This document shows, piece by piece, positions 42,090 to 54,900 of a stretch of DNA of 64,000 bases (position 1 is its first letter; each line of letters opens with the position of its first letter). A model generated the notes under the pieces. The model saw only the letters and a list, made by a program, of their open reading frames with translations. It had not been told where the DNA came from and did not search any database. The stretch comes from Psilocybe cubensis (taxonomy: Eukaryota): NCBI GenBank assembly GCA_017499595.2, contig JAFIQS020000014.1, positions 1 through 64,000 on the forward strand, read 5' to 3'. The position numbers were made by a program, and so were the translations under genes.

Positions 42090-44650
42090 TTCCTTTTCTC
42101 ACGCTCTCGTCCCTTCGTGTTCTCCAAATTCCATGGGCATTCTCGATTGGTTACTTTATCTGAGACTCGCATTCGCTAGAGGAACATCTGTGCAGAAGTA
42201 GAAAGGGAATATGGTGACACCTCATGGCATAGTTACGGGTACGTGCATCAACATCTCAGTTTCGTCCCCACCCAATGATTCGACTTTGCTCTCTGCCCCT
42301 TGGTCCCCTTTGACCGTCATCGATTACTCTTGCTGATCGATGGACAACAACCCAAACACGTTGGAGCTTACAACTAGCTGACACGTCTTCCCCCATCTCG
42401 ACACGGTAAGCCGAAAACTGTCGGAAGTTAGATAGGGCCCGGGAACACACTCCTCGTCAGTGGTTTGCTTTCAGTCCCCCCATGCTATTAACATGCACGC
42501 ACAGAGATGGAGTCCTCCTTTACATCCCCTTTCCCTCGTCATGACTTCCCACATCCCTTCTCCACCTTTTAGTCATCGCATCGTCAATGATGCCTTCACT
42601 CCACTATACCGACCCCCACCTCCAAACATTCGGGTACCTTCATATTGCCCTGGAACCAGCCTCCGTATTCAAGGTTCCGTGAATGAGTTTAGCTCTACGA
42701 CACCCTTTTTGTCAGCTCTGAGAGCCTCGAAGACCTTGCAGAAGTTACTGGACGCGTCAACATTTCAACCGACATCGAAGGTAGTATGCCGCACGTGAAG
42801 GAATGTGTCTTAGGGTTGGATCCCAGTCCAATGACGGATGGGATATGGGCAGTTAGAGGTGATGGTAAGCCTTTCCTTATGATTCAATCCTTTCTTATGC
42901 CCTCAATCCTTCCTTGACGTTCATGTACGCTCGCGTCTGGCCGACGTATCTCAAACTCACGCTCTCAACGTATGCAACGTAATGAAAAGAGATAATAAAC
43001 CGGTGGTGCATTACAGAATGGGTAGAGGTGCGTAATTGATACTCCATGGGTATCTCTGATTCATAATGATTCAAATTTTGTCGCCGGTTTCGTCACTCAG
43101 TCCTCATTGACATCCATCGTCATCCACCATTGTGCCCGCTCAAACCATGTCAATAGCTCTTGATGCAACTGTTGCTCTGGAACGCTCCCTCAACACCAAT
43201 GCCACCCGCTTTCTATCTCCCTAGCTCACGATTTAGCAATGAAGTTTCGTTTCCAGGTATCAAGCCGCTCCAATTTCATATCACTATCCCCCCAGACGCG
43301 CACGCACACCCGCATATAAGCAATCGTCTCTTTTTGATTCACGATTAATTCTCATATTCCTGAAGTATAGCCACTTTGGTCCGACCACACGATACCATAG
43401 CAGCTCGGGGAATCCACAAAAGTGTACGTTGACGCCACCGTATCGTGACTTCGTCTCATACAATATCAAACACAGTAGGTGAAGGAACCATGTGTATCAC
43501 GATTGGTATCTCAATCAATCTTAAGGCGGCTCAAGGACGCTATAGGGAGGTAGCGCACTTGAATATTCACTCTATCGAGCATGGGTAAACGCTTCTCACA
43601 GACATTTATCTTACAAATAGCTGATGGGCATTCACCAATGTCGACGCACATGCTCTTGGTAAGTAGTTTACTATCCGTTCCCCCGTACTGTTAACATCCG
43701 AGGTAGCTCATACACAGCAACGGTATGTCCCTTCACACCGCGTTACCCTCGTTGTCACTGACCACACTTCTCATCGATCCATCCTCCTCTATCTCAACAT
43801 CCCGTCACCAATGCAGCCTTCACACCAATATATCAACCTCCGCCCCCAAGTCTCCAGACCTTTTGATTACCTTCGCGCCATCCTGGATACAGCCTTGCTA
43901 TTCGAAATCCTGGGCACGCGAGGTCAAATCTACGGCACTGTTACCGTTGACTCTGAGAATTGGAAAAGACTCCGCAGAGGCTATAGGACATGACCACGTC
44001 TCAAACAACATTGAATGTATGCTCCGGCTTTGGATCTAGGTCGAGCGAAGGATGGAACACACGGGCATTTGGAGGTTGTAGTAAGTCTCTCACAAAAATC
44101 TGATTCTTTTTGCTTTTCCTCTTGTTTGAATCCTTGCTTACAATATTAACCATTCTCCTACGTTCATGCACGCTTTCGCCTAGACAATGTATCTTAAACT
44201 CACACACTCAACGTATAGAACGTGATGAAAACAGACAAAAAGCTGGTGTTGCATGACGGAATAGTTATAGGCACGTAAATGCTACTCTGTTTGGACCTCG
44301 GACTCATAATCATTCGGATTCTGTCACCAATTTCCCCGTTCAGTCCCCATCGAAATCCAATATCATCCACCCTTCTGTCTGCTCAACCCACGTCAACACA
44401 AAGATAATGGAAGCTGAGAACAAATCAATAATGTTCCACCGTCCGAAAAGGAGCAGGCAACGAGTGTAAGGTGTTTGATCAAAAAGTGGAACGAGATAAT
44501 AACCTCTCAGTACGTATTATATTCTCTGTAAATGAAATGGTTTCTCAGGAACCTTTCCTCGATATCACTTCCACCCGCTTTCTATTGCACAAGCTCACAA
44601 TTTAGCAATGAAATTTGTTTCCTGGCATCGAGCAGGGGTAAGCGCTTCTC
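42090..44650 (+). pseudogene. Two degenerate tandem copies of an unknown gene/repeat family, related to 50130-51730
   Basis: Shared blocks such as tctcacgctctcgtcccttcgtgttc, gtgaaggaatg..tcttagggt, ccacccgctttctat, gtaggtgaaggaa..atgtgtatca; no long ORF. Confidence 0.4.
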
Positions 44651-45761
44651 AGAGACATTTAATTATTTTTGTCTCTTCTCAACGTGGTTTTCAGGTTGTG
44701 AGTTGCATGGCGGCAGAGAATGTCAATGGTCGGATTCACCGTATCTTTTGTATGCGAGCACCGTTAGTATAATGCATATTGACACTTGGACTGACTATAC
44801 TCTGGGTTTTTATTGATGAGCAAGGGATGATGTGTGTCTTTTCAAGGTAAATTATCTCTTCTTGTAGTATAATGTCACATCCTATTAATTTACCTATTGC
44901 GGTTCCCCTCCCTGTTAATGCTTTCTCTGAAGTATAGAAGGCCATCTAAACTGATTGAAAGTCGGAAAGCGGATTCAACCCCGGTGACGGATTCAAGTAC
45001 AGTCAATGCTCATTGTTGAAGATACTCATTCGTTACTCACTTCTTGACACTCGTCCCTTGTTAGCTGTGACACTTTTGCATCGATCTAAAGGTGCGCATG
45101 GACCCACCAATGGGTTAAGCCGAGTTTTAAGCCTGAACCTTCGAACTGTAACATTAACGTGGCGGTTTTAGCACGCAAGTAGATCTGAGAGTGAGTGGAA
45201 AAACATATTGTAACGCTTTAGGCGCTCCCACCTGTTCGGTTTCAAGGTACAAAATTTGCCAATTGTTCGGACCACATTGCACTTAATCAATCATCCATAC
45301 CGTCCCTGTATGTCCTGTTCACACCTCAAATACACATATGAGCAGTGAATTTGTACTGTGGATCGCTTGCGAGGTGACGTGAACCTCATACCTTTCATTT
45401 AACTCTACACATCGTGGCTTGAACATGCTCAGTCACTCCTCCGTCGAGCGCAGCATCCAATCGGAAGGATTAGGATGGCAACTGATGACCGGATAACATG
45501 CGGCGACTAAAACGATGTATATTTCTTTCCACGGAACTGGAATTCCGCGCCTTGAGGTTAGTTCTTTGATACCGAGGACATGCGACCTCAGGCAGGTAAC
45601 TGTTATAATTCACACCCGCCACTGCCCCTTCATGGAAGAAACGTGCTGAGAAGTAGTTTGTAGACCTATAATACGGAATGAACAATGGTATCTGATTCCC
45701 AGACACCCATAATCTTACCTCTTTCTTGAACTTTGTCCTTTCAATTTTCGAGCACTCAGCA

Positions 45762-46753
45762 ATGTCTACATTCAACGTTAACATCGCTCACGTTAACACC
45801 TCCCAAAGTGTCCCTGTTAGCACGCCCAGATTACCCCAATCCGCTGGAAACTCTTCTGGTGCTGGTGCCACAACATATGTAGTGGCGCCACAGGCGACAT
45901 CGTCGTCAAAATATGACCCCCAACCTTGGACTGATATTTTGTCGTTGGTGGGACCTACCCCACGAGACATCTTGGAGATATACTATGCAAAGTTCTCGAG
46001 TCATACCGTCGACGTTGGAAAAGCGGCACCCAGCGAGGAGTCCACCAACCTCATCCGTTCGCCAGTAGATGTGCTTTTAGGGTTTCCACAATCCGGCAGC
46101 GGAGATGTGTCCCAACGTCATGACAATTTTCATCGTACAACCTCTGGTTCCGTGGCGAAGGAGTCCGAGTCGATTGTGGACCGTCTTGTCGTGGTTAGCC
46201 TGGCCACTGGAACGGTAGACCCAGCCGTTCTCATTCGCACGTCACGCCGCTCCCGAGAGAAGCGTTCACAGGGCGTGATGCGGAGCCAGGCGGCGTCAGA
46301 CAGACATCACCCTTACAACGTGGCGAATAGGCCGTCCAGGATAGCTGTACCGAGAAACAGTGGTAACGAAGATGCAAACACTTTCTGTCGTCCATCCGGA
46401 GAGACAGAAAACACACAATTTAGGACTTCCCAGCACCGGGAACAACACCACAGGCACGGCTCCGGGAATGATATTCCCGTTGAGCAGATGCCTCTGACGG
46501 CACCGAACCCAAACGAAGATGGAAGGTAATTTGTGGATTTCTATCTCTCGATATCATGACACTGACAGTTTTTTTATGCAGGGATTCGGAGATGAGGGGG
46601 TCAACCGGAGATGGGGATAGTGGGGAGACTGAACAGCCGCCGCGAAAAATGCAGGGTCATAGAAGTGATAGAGACCCTTGCTTTAGAACCCGGGAGGAGA
46701 TTTGCTCCCAGGGCAAGGCGGGTGTAGGGAAAAGGAAGAGGCAAAAGCGGTGA
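45762..46753 (+). CDS. Two-exon hypothetical protein, low-complexity, with C-terminal basic NLS-like KRKRQKR
   Basis: Long ORF from ATG 45762; AG|GTAATT...CTGAC...TGCAG| intron joins in frame to the 46556-46753 ORF; TATA-like motif near 45667. Confidence 0.6.
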
Positions 46754-49700
46754 TTGGAGTTGGAGAGGATCGTAGAATTAAAATTAGTATCTTATCAGTC
46801 CATCGACTGGATCGATGGAGGCTGATTAGATTATATATATTGTTTTTATTTTATCTCCTTTATTTTGAGTGATGAGCGTGAGAACATGAACAGTCCATTT
46901 TCATGTGCAACTTTGACCAACAGGGCAGACCTATTCATGGTGCATAACTTTCAATGTAGATCTTAAAACACAAACGACAACATTTCATTAGCTTGATGGA
47001 AAAAAGTAGAGAAGGGTGATCGAGGCGAATGATACCGTCGCCGTAACTGCGGCTGTGCGGTGCTGTAGACGCGTGAAAAGCGGAGTTTGAATGCGCTTGA
47101 CAACAGCAAGGCCAAACAACTCGCCGCGCTGCTCTTGTACCTTTTTTCCATTGCTGTCCCCACTCAGTACTATACCAGCCACTCAAACGACGATTGGAAA
47201 CGAAGAGAAGCTCGAAATGCAGTCAAAAAATGCAGGGGACCTGGTGGATTACGAAGCAGGATGACTTTGGTGAGGGGTCGATGGATTGCATTGAGACGTC
47301 AAGTTCGGTGAGTGCTTGACATCCAACCGTCTCGCATACATCAACCACCACCACGCTCCCCCCTCTCCCAACCCTTTGATATCGTTTGCACCCGGAACCG
47401 CCACTTTCTCACTCTGCACCGCGCTGCCGCACGCGAAACATAGACCCCGCAGCAGCTACACCAAGTCAATCACCGACTCTCCGTATACTGTGCGCAGCTT
47501 CTCTGGACATTTTGTAAGGCGTCAGTGCATTATCCTCCGCGCATGTCCATCTGTTGAGACATGTCATCCAGCGTGCTATGGCGCATATACGAAGTACCTT
47601 CGTCTCCCACCTGCACCACTTCATTGCACTCGGTCTTGCTCCCTTCCTCACGTTTCCATGCTCCCGTCGTCAAAAACCTCCGAAATGCATTCGCCCAGTG
47701 CTTGAAATCTCGCTTTTGAGTCGACTACATGTATCACAACGTCGACAGGATGTGTGTTCGCCACAAAACACGAATTCGAGGTTAGGGGTGTGTGTCCTGG
47801 CTGTACACATTGCAGAAACACACGGTGCGCGTCTATCTGTTTCTCCGCAATCCTCTGGCTATCACTTCTCTTCCTGCGTGTTCTGGGTGGACACTATACC
47901 ATCTCTATTGTTGACGTGTACACGGCGTGCCGAAGCTGTAGTGTGTTTTCCGGTGTCGTTTGTCTTCCCCCATGTAGACTACAATGCTTGACGCTCGGAG
48001 AACCAGGCTGCAAATGTTGTGTCCTGTTATTTGTATGTGAAAGTTATTTGAACGGTGCAAAATAACCATCGAATGACGCATATATTTGACGGCTTCGCAA
48101 TCAACTATCGTGTGTCATTTTTGTAACCGCTTCATCAATCATCGGTCAACACCCTGTTCACCTGCATCCTCACGCATCTCTATTTCGACGGGTCCCCAAT
48201 ATCTCGACGAATGTCCCGCTGGTCCCTCTCCCTCCCCTATGACGAAGCAAAACCACCGTGACAGCGCCTGCGTTTGCTGACGGCAACGAGTGTGCTGACA
48301 TCTATCTGTCTAGATCAGGCTCCAGAGCGATGTATGTCGATCAACCCTCGCGCTCGCTGAAGGTGACTGCAACGACAATGGTATCGCGTGTGCAGACATC
48401 TATCTCCCTAGCTCACACTCCACAGTACATGAACGACTTTAGGTCAATGTTAATGTCCATCGCAGCGTATCTGTCAAATGTATGTATGTATGATTTAATA
48501 TCATGAATGTTTTGCACCGCTTTGAAAACATCTATCAAATTGTGCATATATTCCACAATTTGTGACGCATATATGCGCAGTATCCTTCATCACTGCGAAT
48601 TTGTGTGCATGCCGTGGAAACTGCCACAACGCTTAGTGATCTCTCATCCGATCACTTTGCGACAACTTTCCCTGTGCGCGACCTCTACGTCGTTCCATCT
48701 ACATCAAAATACACTAAATTGGGGCTCAAACTTATCAAGATATTCAATGACATCTATGGTATATGTATTCTTTACATTAAACTCTGTATTTTCATTGGAT
48801 ACTAACTACTTTTTCGGTACCACCCTGAAGCCTGCAATTGCTCTTGTGCGGTCAAAATGTGTCGGTGATGTCCCAGTACTTCTTTCGGTGACGCACGTGT
48901 TTATGCATCATCAAATGCCTCTGTACGAACCCATTAGGGACATAATGTGGTCGTTAGAATCCTTGGAATCCTGCCTTTACTTCCTCTTGGTCCCCCCAAT
49001 TTACCTCGATCTGCGGCGAGGTGCTCATTCAATGCCTTGATCTAATAATATCCAAATGCCTTGAACTTAAGGTCGTTGGACAGCCATCAGGTAGTGGTTG
49101 TGTTATTCTCTACGAGCACATAAAGTATATATAAGCAATCCAACTTCAATATAATAGGGACGAGTACCCACCTGCCAACAGTTCATAGAGCAACAGATCA
49201 TAGCTCCAACCCCGAAAATGGGGACCCAACAGTCAGACTCTTAAAATATCGGCTTTGATAATGAATTTCTGTTGAGCCCAAGACCACACGAGGTTCTGTG
49301 GCAACGCTACACGTTGACTCCCCTGTATCCCCTGTAGTCACACCACTGCGCTGAATCCCCTTTTCCTCAAGCCATGCTAAGACTACCTGGTTGCGTGCTA
49401 TGGCATTCGTGAGCTGCGCACATTCCAGGCCGACTTGACTGGGACACTCACCATCGGTCACGGCGTGAACTAGCAATAAATGCTGCTCACATAATAAAAT
49501 AATTCAGTCTCGACTACTCAGATTGATGCTTGAAGCAATAGACCACGTACTTGGGCTTCTATCCCGCTACACATACATGAAGATGTAGCAATAGACAGAT
49601 AAGACGCAGTGTACGAGTCTGCGTGAATCGAAGCGTAGTGGTCACCGTGGAGTGCATTGTCCACTGCCACAGTAGCATGGGTAAAGACTGACGAGTTGTA

Positions 49701-50129
49701 TAACACATTGGGTTGGTGAATATTTATACTTGATGCAAAAACAAAGTCTGTTTGTTTGCTATGGATGCAGCGAGATTCTTGTGCTGAAGATGAACAAAAA
49801 TCTCTTTATGCTCTCACAATAAATCATTTTTATAACCCCTCGATTCTTCTAAGCGCCACTCTCGACGAATCTCACTATCGTGCAATACATTTGCTTTGAT
49901 TTTGGCTGTCCTTCACCTCTTTTATTGATAAACAAAGTAATTTATTCTTGCATAGACAACGTCAATGGCCGTTTTGAACGCCAACTTACCAAAAAACGGC
50001 TTGGAAACATATACGATCTCCTTCTGTTAACCAATCCATGTGTTCCCTTTGTCTTGCGTGTCGCTGGCGTTGTTCATTAGGGTGAAGCGCGAACAAAGAA
50101 ATTTTGATTTCAAACTCCTCTTGAAACCT

Positions 50130-51730
50130 GAGTTCTCCCTGTTCTCACGCTCTCGTCCCTTCGTGTTCAACCGTCTAGACGGTTCCAACTTCCTTACGCA
50201 CCCTAGGCTGGTTACCTCATTTGTGATTTGAATTTGCCAAATGTTGATCTTGGGAGAAATAGAAGGGGTCCGGTGACGTATTGTGGCATGGCTAGAGGTG
50301 TGTAAATCATTATCTCATTTTTGGCCCCACCTCTTGATTCGACATCCGCCTCTTTAAAGGTCCTCAACTGCCATCTGTCCCTCTTCCAAATCAATGGAAA
50401 ACAACACAAGTAAAGTCGCTCTTACAAGTGGAGTTTCCCGACTACCTGGACACGGTCACAGAACATGGATCAGGAGTTGGATAGGGCAACACGCTCATGG
50501 TAAAACTTCGCTCTCAGTCTCCCAGCACTTTTAACATCTGAGGCCATTCTACATGAAGCTCAGGAACCACGATCGTGCCTCCCATTGCATGCATTTGCCC
50601 TCATTTCCACTTCACTCACTTCTCATGGAGCTATCCCACCTTCCATCAATGATGCATTCAATCCCCTGTGACAACCCTCGCCTCCACCTTCCCGTTATCA
50701 CCTTCGTATCCTCCGTTCGAAGTCCTGGGCTTGATGGTAATTCGATGTCATCTTTTACATCGTCCTCCGGATTGAAGAAGACTCCACAGAGCCTACCGGA
50801 CCGTGACCACATCAAGAACAATATCGAAGGCATGCCTCGCGTGAAGGAATGCTTGTCTTAGGGCTTGATATCTCAGTCCATCGAAACATGAGTTATGGGC
50901 GATTGGATGTAATGGTGAGCCTTTCATAGACATTCGATTATCTCTCCCTTTCCTCTTGTTCCAATCATTTCTTACGCCCTCTACTCTTCCTTGACATTTA
51001 TGCGCACTCTCGTCTAGGCGATGATCGTACTCGTACCCGCAACCTACAGAGCGTGATGAAAAGGGATGGGAGACAAGGATTGCATTGCGGAATACCTGGT
51101 GCGTAATCCTTTATGTTGATCTAAGACCCACAATGATTCGAACTTTGGTACCTGTTGTCCTTATCCACCGTCGTGCCACCTTTTGTACGCTCAAATTGTG
51201 TCAGTACAAAGATCACGACCCTGAAAATGAATCGATTACATTCTACCGGCTGAGCGTGATCAGGGAAACGAATCTAAGGAGTTAAGTTACGAAGCGGAAC
51301 GGTATACTACACTTTCGGTAAGTGTTTATCATTGAATTGACCGTGCACTGGAATATTCTCTGTGGCTGAAATGGTTTCTCTGAATGTATTCCCTCGATAT
51401 CACATCCACCCGCTTCCCATATCGCTTACACACGCTTTAGCCATGAAGGTTTTGGTTACCTGCTATGGAGCCGCTAGAATTTTGCATCACCGTCCCAACG
51501 GAAACGCTTTCACACCGCATATAATCACTCGTATCTTTTCATTTTTCAATTGATTCACATTTTTTGAGGTATAGGCGTTTCGGTGCGACTCCACAGGCTT
51601 CTGAGTAGCTCAGGGAAGCCAGGGAAATGTTCGTTGAGGCTACCGTACCGTGACTACGTCTTATAAGACATCAAACAAGTAGGTGAAGGAAACAATGTGT
51701 ATCATGGTTAGTATCTGAATCAATTCTAGG
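50130..51730 (+). pseudogene. Diverged copy of the 42090-43520 segment
   Basis: Colinear shared blocks; fragmented ORFs. Confidence 0.4.
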
Positions 51731-53160
51731 ACGGATGATGGGCGCTCTGGAGATGATACACGCTTTGCTATGGACTTCATTGACATCTACCATGGGTACG
51801 CTTTATCTTTACCTTTCCTCTGCATTTCTTCGTCTCAACGCGCGCGCGGGTCGAGGGAAGTTAGTGAGGTTTAAACGTGTAGGGGAATTGATGTTGGTGA
51901 GTGAGTTGTTTTTGGTCTCATGTTCTGGTAGATGGAATGGATGAACAGACGAGCGTACCATCACCCTTCGCTGGTATCCCCACTACCTCAGTCTTCCCTT
52001 CCATTGGCATATTGTGGTACGCACAACATAGTCATCATGGCCCAGAATGGGGTCTATGTGCACATTGTACGCATCCCATACAGTTGATATGCCGCCTGCG
52101 TTGTTTATACATTTAGGCTGCCAATTTTACCAGTGGATAGTGACGTGTGCACTATATTTCATTCTTCTGCCATGCACCCGTGCTTGTTTCAATACATCCT
52201 GACTGGCCTGTCAATGGTGCTCCATACATTTGAAAGGCACTTCTCGCGGAGCACACACTGGCTGCCTATCGGTGTGTATGTGTGTACTACATTATGATTA
52301 GCGAGATTCACAGTGAGTTTGGGTTATCCATGTTTACGAGCATCCACTCAAGGCCACGGCCACGTCTAAGGTCCCTCTCAACATCCAGTCACTGTTATTA
52401 TGGCTGGTATTTATTTTTTTTGTATTCCAATCGCCTCACACTTGGACTAGTGTTCTTGGATACATTGTCTAAATTTTCATTTCTCCGTGGTGATGTGTTT
52501 TTAGTGCGTCTCTGTCTCGGCGCATCTGTATCAAATGTTAGATAAAAATGTGTTTTACTGCCTAGTTGGGTTTAAATATTATATCTTCCATACAATTGAG
52601 AATAACACCCCTTTAAAAATGCAATGTGTCAACGTATGCGCAATGGTATGAATGCATCATGGGCTCATTATAGCTGGAAAAGAGAAGGACGAGATGATTT
52701 AACAAGAATTACCACAAGCCGAGGCAAACCAATTTCCTCACCCTACCCCCTACTGTTTTCCGGTTGTACTAATTGAAATTCCTCGTAGTACGTACGCAAA
52801 TAGGTCTTATTATCATTCAATTCTCCTTCTTACTGCCCATCCATCGATATTGGTCAAAAGGCCTTAATTACGAAGTGCCGAAAGGCCGTTGGCAGAAAGA
52901 TATCCCACGGTCACTGCACATCTTGATGATCTCGGTAGTACTAGCCCGACCGCAAAGTGTTATCTGATCTCTTATCTCACTCTTCAGCATTGTACAATGT
53001 TGCTGCTCTCCCACCTACCCATTTCAAGACAAACAATGCTCAAACTTGGGAAAAAACTCTGTGACAACCAAGGTATTTCTATTCTGTTTCATTTTTATTA
53101 AATACTAACTAAATTTTGTTGGCTGTCGAAGTGTCGAGCGTGAGGTAACACCCTGACCTC

Positions 53161-54900
53161 CTATGGCCTTTGTACGGCCGACATCACCTGGAAGGTGAGT
53201 TCCTTCCCCTTCTTTGAGTGGCGCTCACGGTCATGCACCACCACATGCCCCTCCGAGACCGCACCAGCCATGCATCGCGGTGTGGCCGGCTTGCGATGCG
53301 GCCTCCGAGTCGGTGCGGCCGTCAGGGCCCTCGCGACCCTGCCTTCTCCTGCCTTTTGGTCCCGAAGAGGGTCCCGTGGCGACCTCTTTCGTGGACGTTT
53401 TGCGGCAGGTGCGGATTTGCTGCTGGAATAGAGTGGGACGGGATGAGATGGAATATCAGTTGTTGAAAGAGCAAAAACGGTGTGTTGTACATACCCATCG
53501 TTGTCCGCCGTTGACAGCCTTCGCTTCCTAGTATATCTGGAAGCGGTGGACACTTGCCTAATTTTTTGCAGTCATTGTCAGTTTCGCTGTCGTTTTTATT
53601 GACCAGATGAACGGAAAACTCGTACCTGTCGCCGTTCCGTGTTGCGGAGAGATGGTTCGCCATCCTGAATCACAATAGATGTTATTAGCCGCAGTTCATA
53701 CTCTGGGGGAGAAAAGGAAACATCATATCATACCCTCCATCTTTGTGTGTGGGCCCAGCGAAAGGCTCAACGGGGTCGCCCCCGGAGCCCACTTCGCGGT
53801 TCGATGTCCACTGCGTGGATCCGTTTTTATGATGTGTTTCCTTTTCTCCGATATGGAAGTGGAAACTGTTGCTAGAACTCCCTGGGAGGCTAGCATGACT
53901 CCCAGGGAGATAATACGAAACCAGTTGTTCAACGCTTTCAAGCGTTGGAAGCAACTGTCGTTTTTGTTTTCTATCTTCCGTGTCTACCCTCGTAAGGGTT
54001 TTCGCCACCTGTGTGGATGGATCTGTGTCGGCGAACCAGATCCCACCATGAGCGATATTGACGTATCGATCATGTTGCACATTTGTAGGGGCTACCCCCG
54101 TGGAAGAAGTTGGCGGATAGCATAGGTGCCTGAACAAGGACATTAGTTTCGCTCAAAGTGTAGCCCAATAAACATACCCATCAGTCACGTCCACGGATGT
54201 ATATTCACCAAAGTTTTCGAGCGACTGTGATTGGCGCATGCTCGATGGCGCCTGACAAAAGGTCGGTGGATAAGTTGCAGATGTACATGAATCCTCAGGA
54301 AAGATTCTGCACGGATCCGGAGTTGACACACGTCCTGAAGTCAATGAGGGGGAAAAGTCAGGAGACAACCTAAACAAGGCTGTTGGCGGATGTGTGGTTA
54401 GCAGGCCGAAGTGAAAACATGGAGCATGCCAATTCTTACGGTTGATGGCCTCAAAGTTTTGAAAAGAATACATGGGAGATGGCTCCATTGTAGGGTGCGG
54501 TGAGAGATCAAGGGTGGATGCCAATGTTGATGCTTGTTGCTGGGGGTTGATTGGAGAAAATTGAGTGTATGTGTTGAAAAATGGTGCGTAAGAGTCGATA
54601 ACAGATATATGTCCTCCATCCGCCTCGTTGAAAGAGGAGTGTATTGACGGCTCGCTCTGTGGTAATATCATTGTGCTGTCTGAGAAGAGGTCAGTGATCG
54701 ATAAGAAAGCCAACTTCATCACTGGGAAAGAGCATATTTACCGGTGGCGAGTCCGGAGTACAAAAAGTTAAAAGTGGAAAAATTCTCCATCTTGGATAGA
54801 GTCTGTGGATGGCCTGTGGTGTATGGAGTTGGGTTGGGGGCGACAATGTAGAAAGGAAGAAAGAATCAATTTTGATACGGTGTGAAGGGGTATTTCTCAT
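53161..54900 (-). CDS. Multi-exon hypothetical protein gene, paralog of 39224-41222; exon boundaries not resolved
   Basis: Colinear peptide similarity with 39224-41222; KRPRKRS basic motif. Confidence 0.5.
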
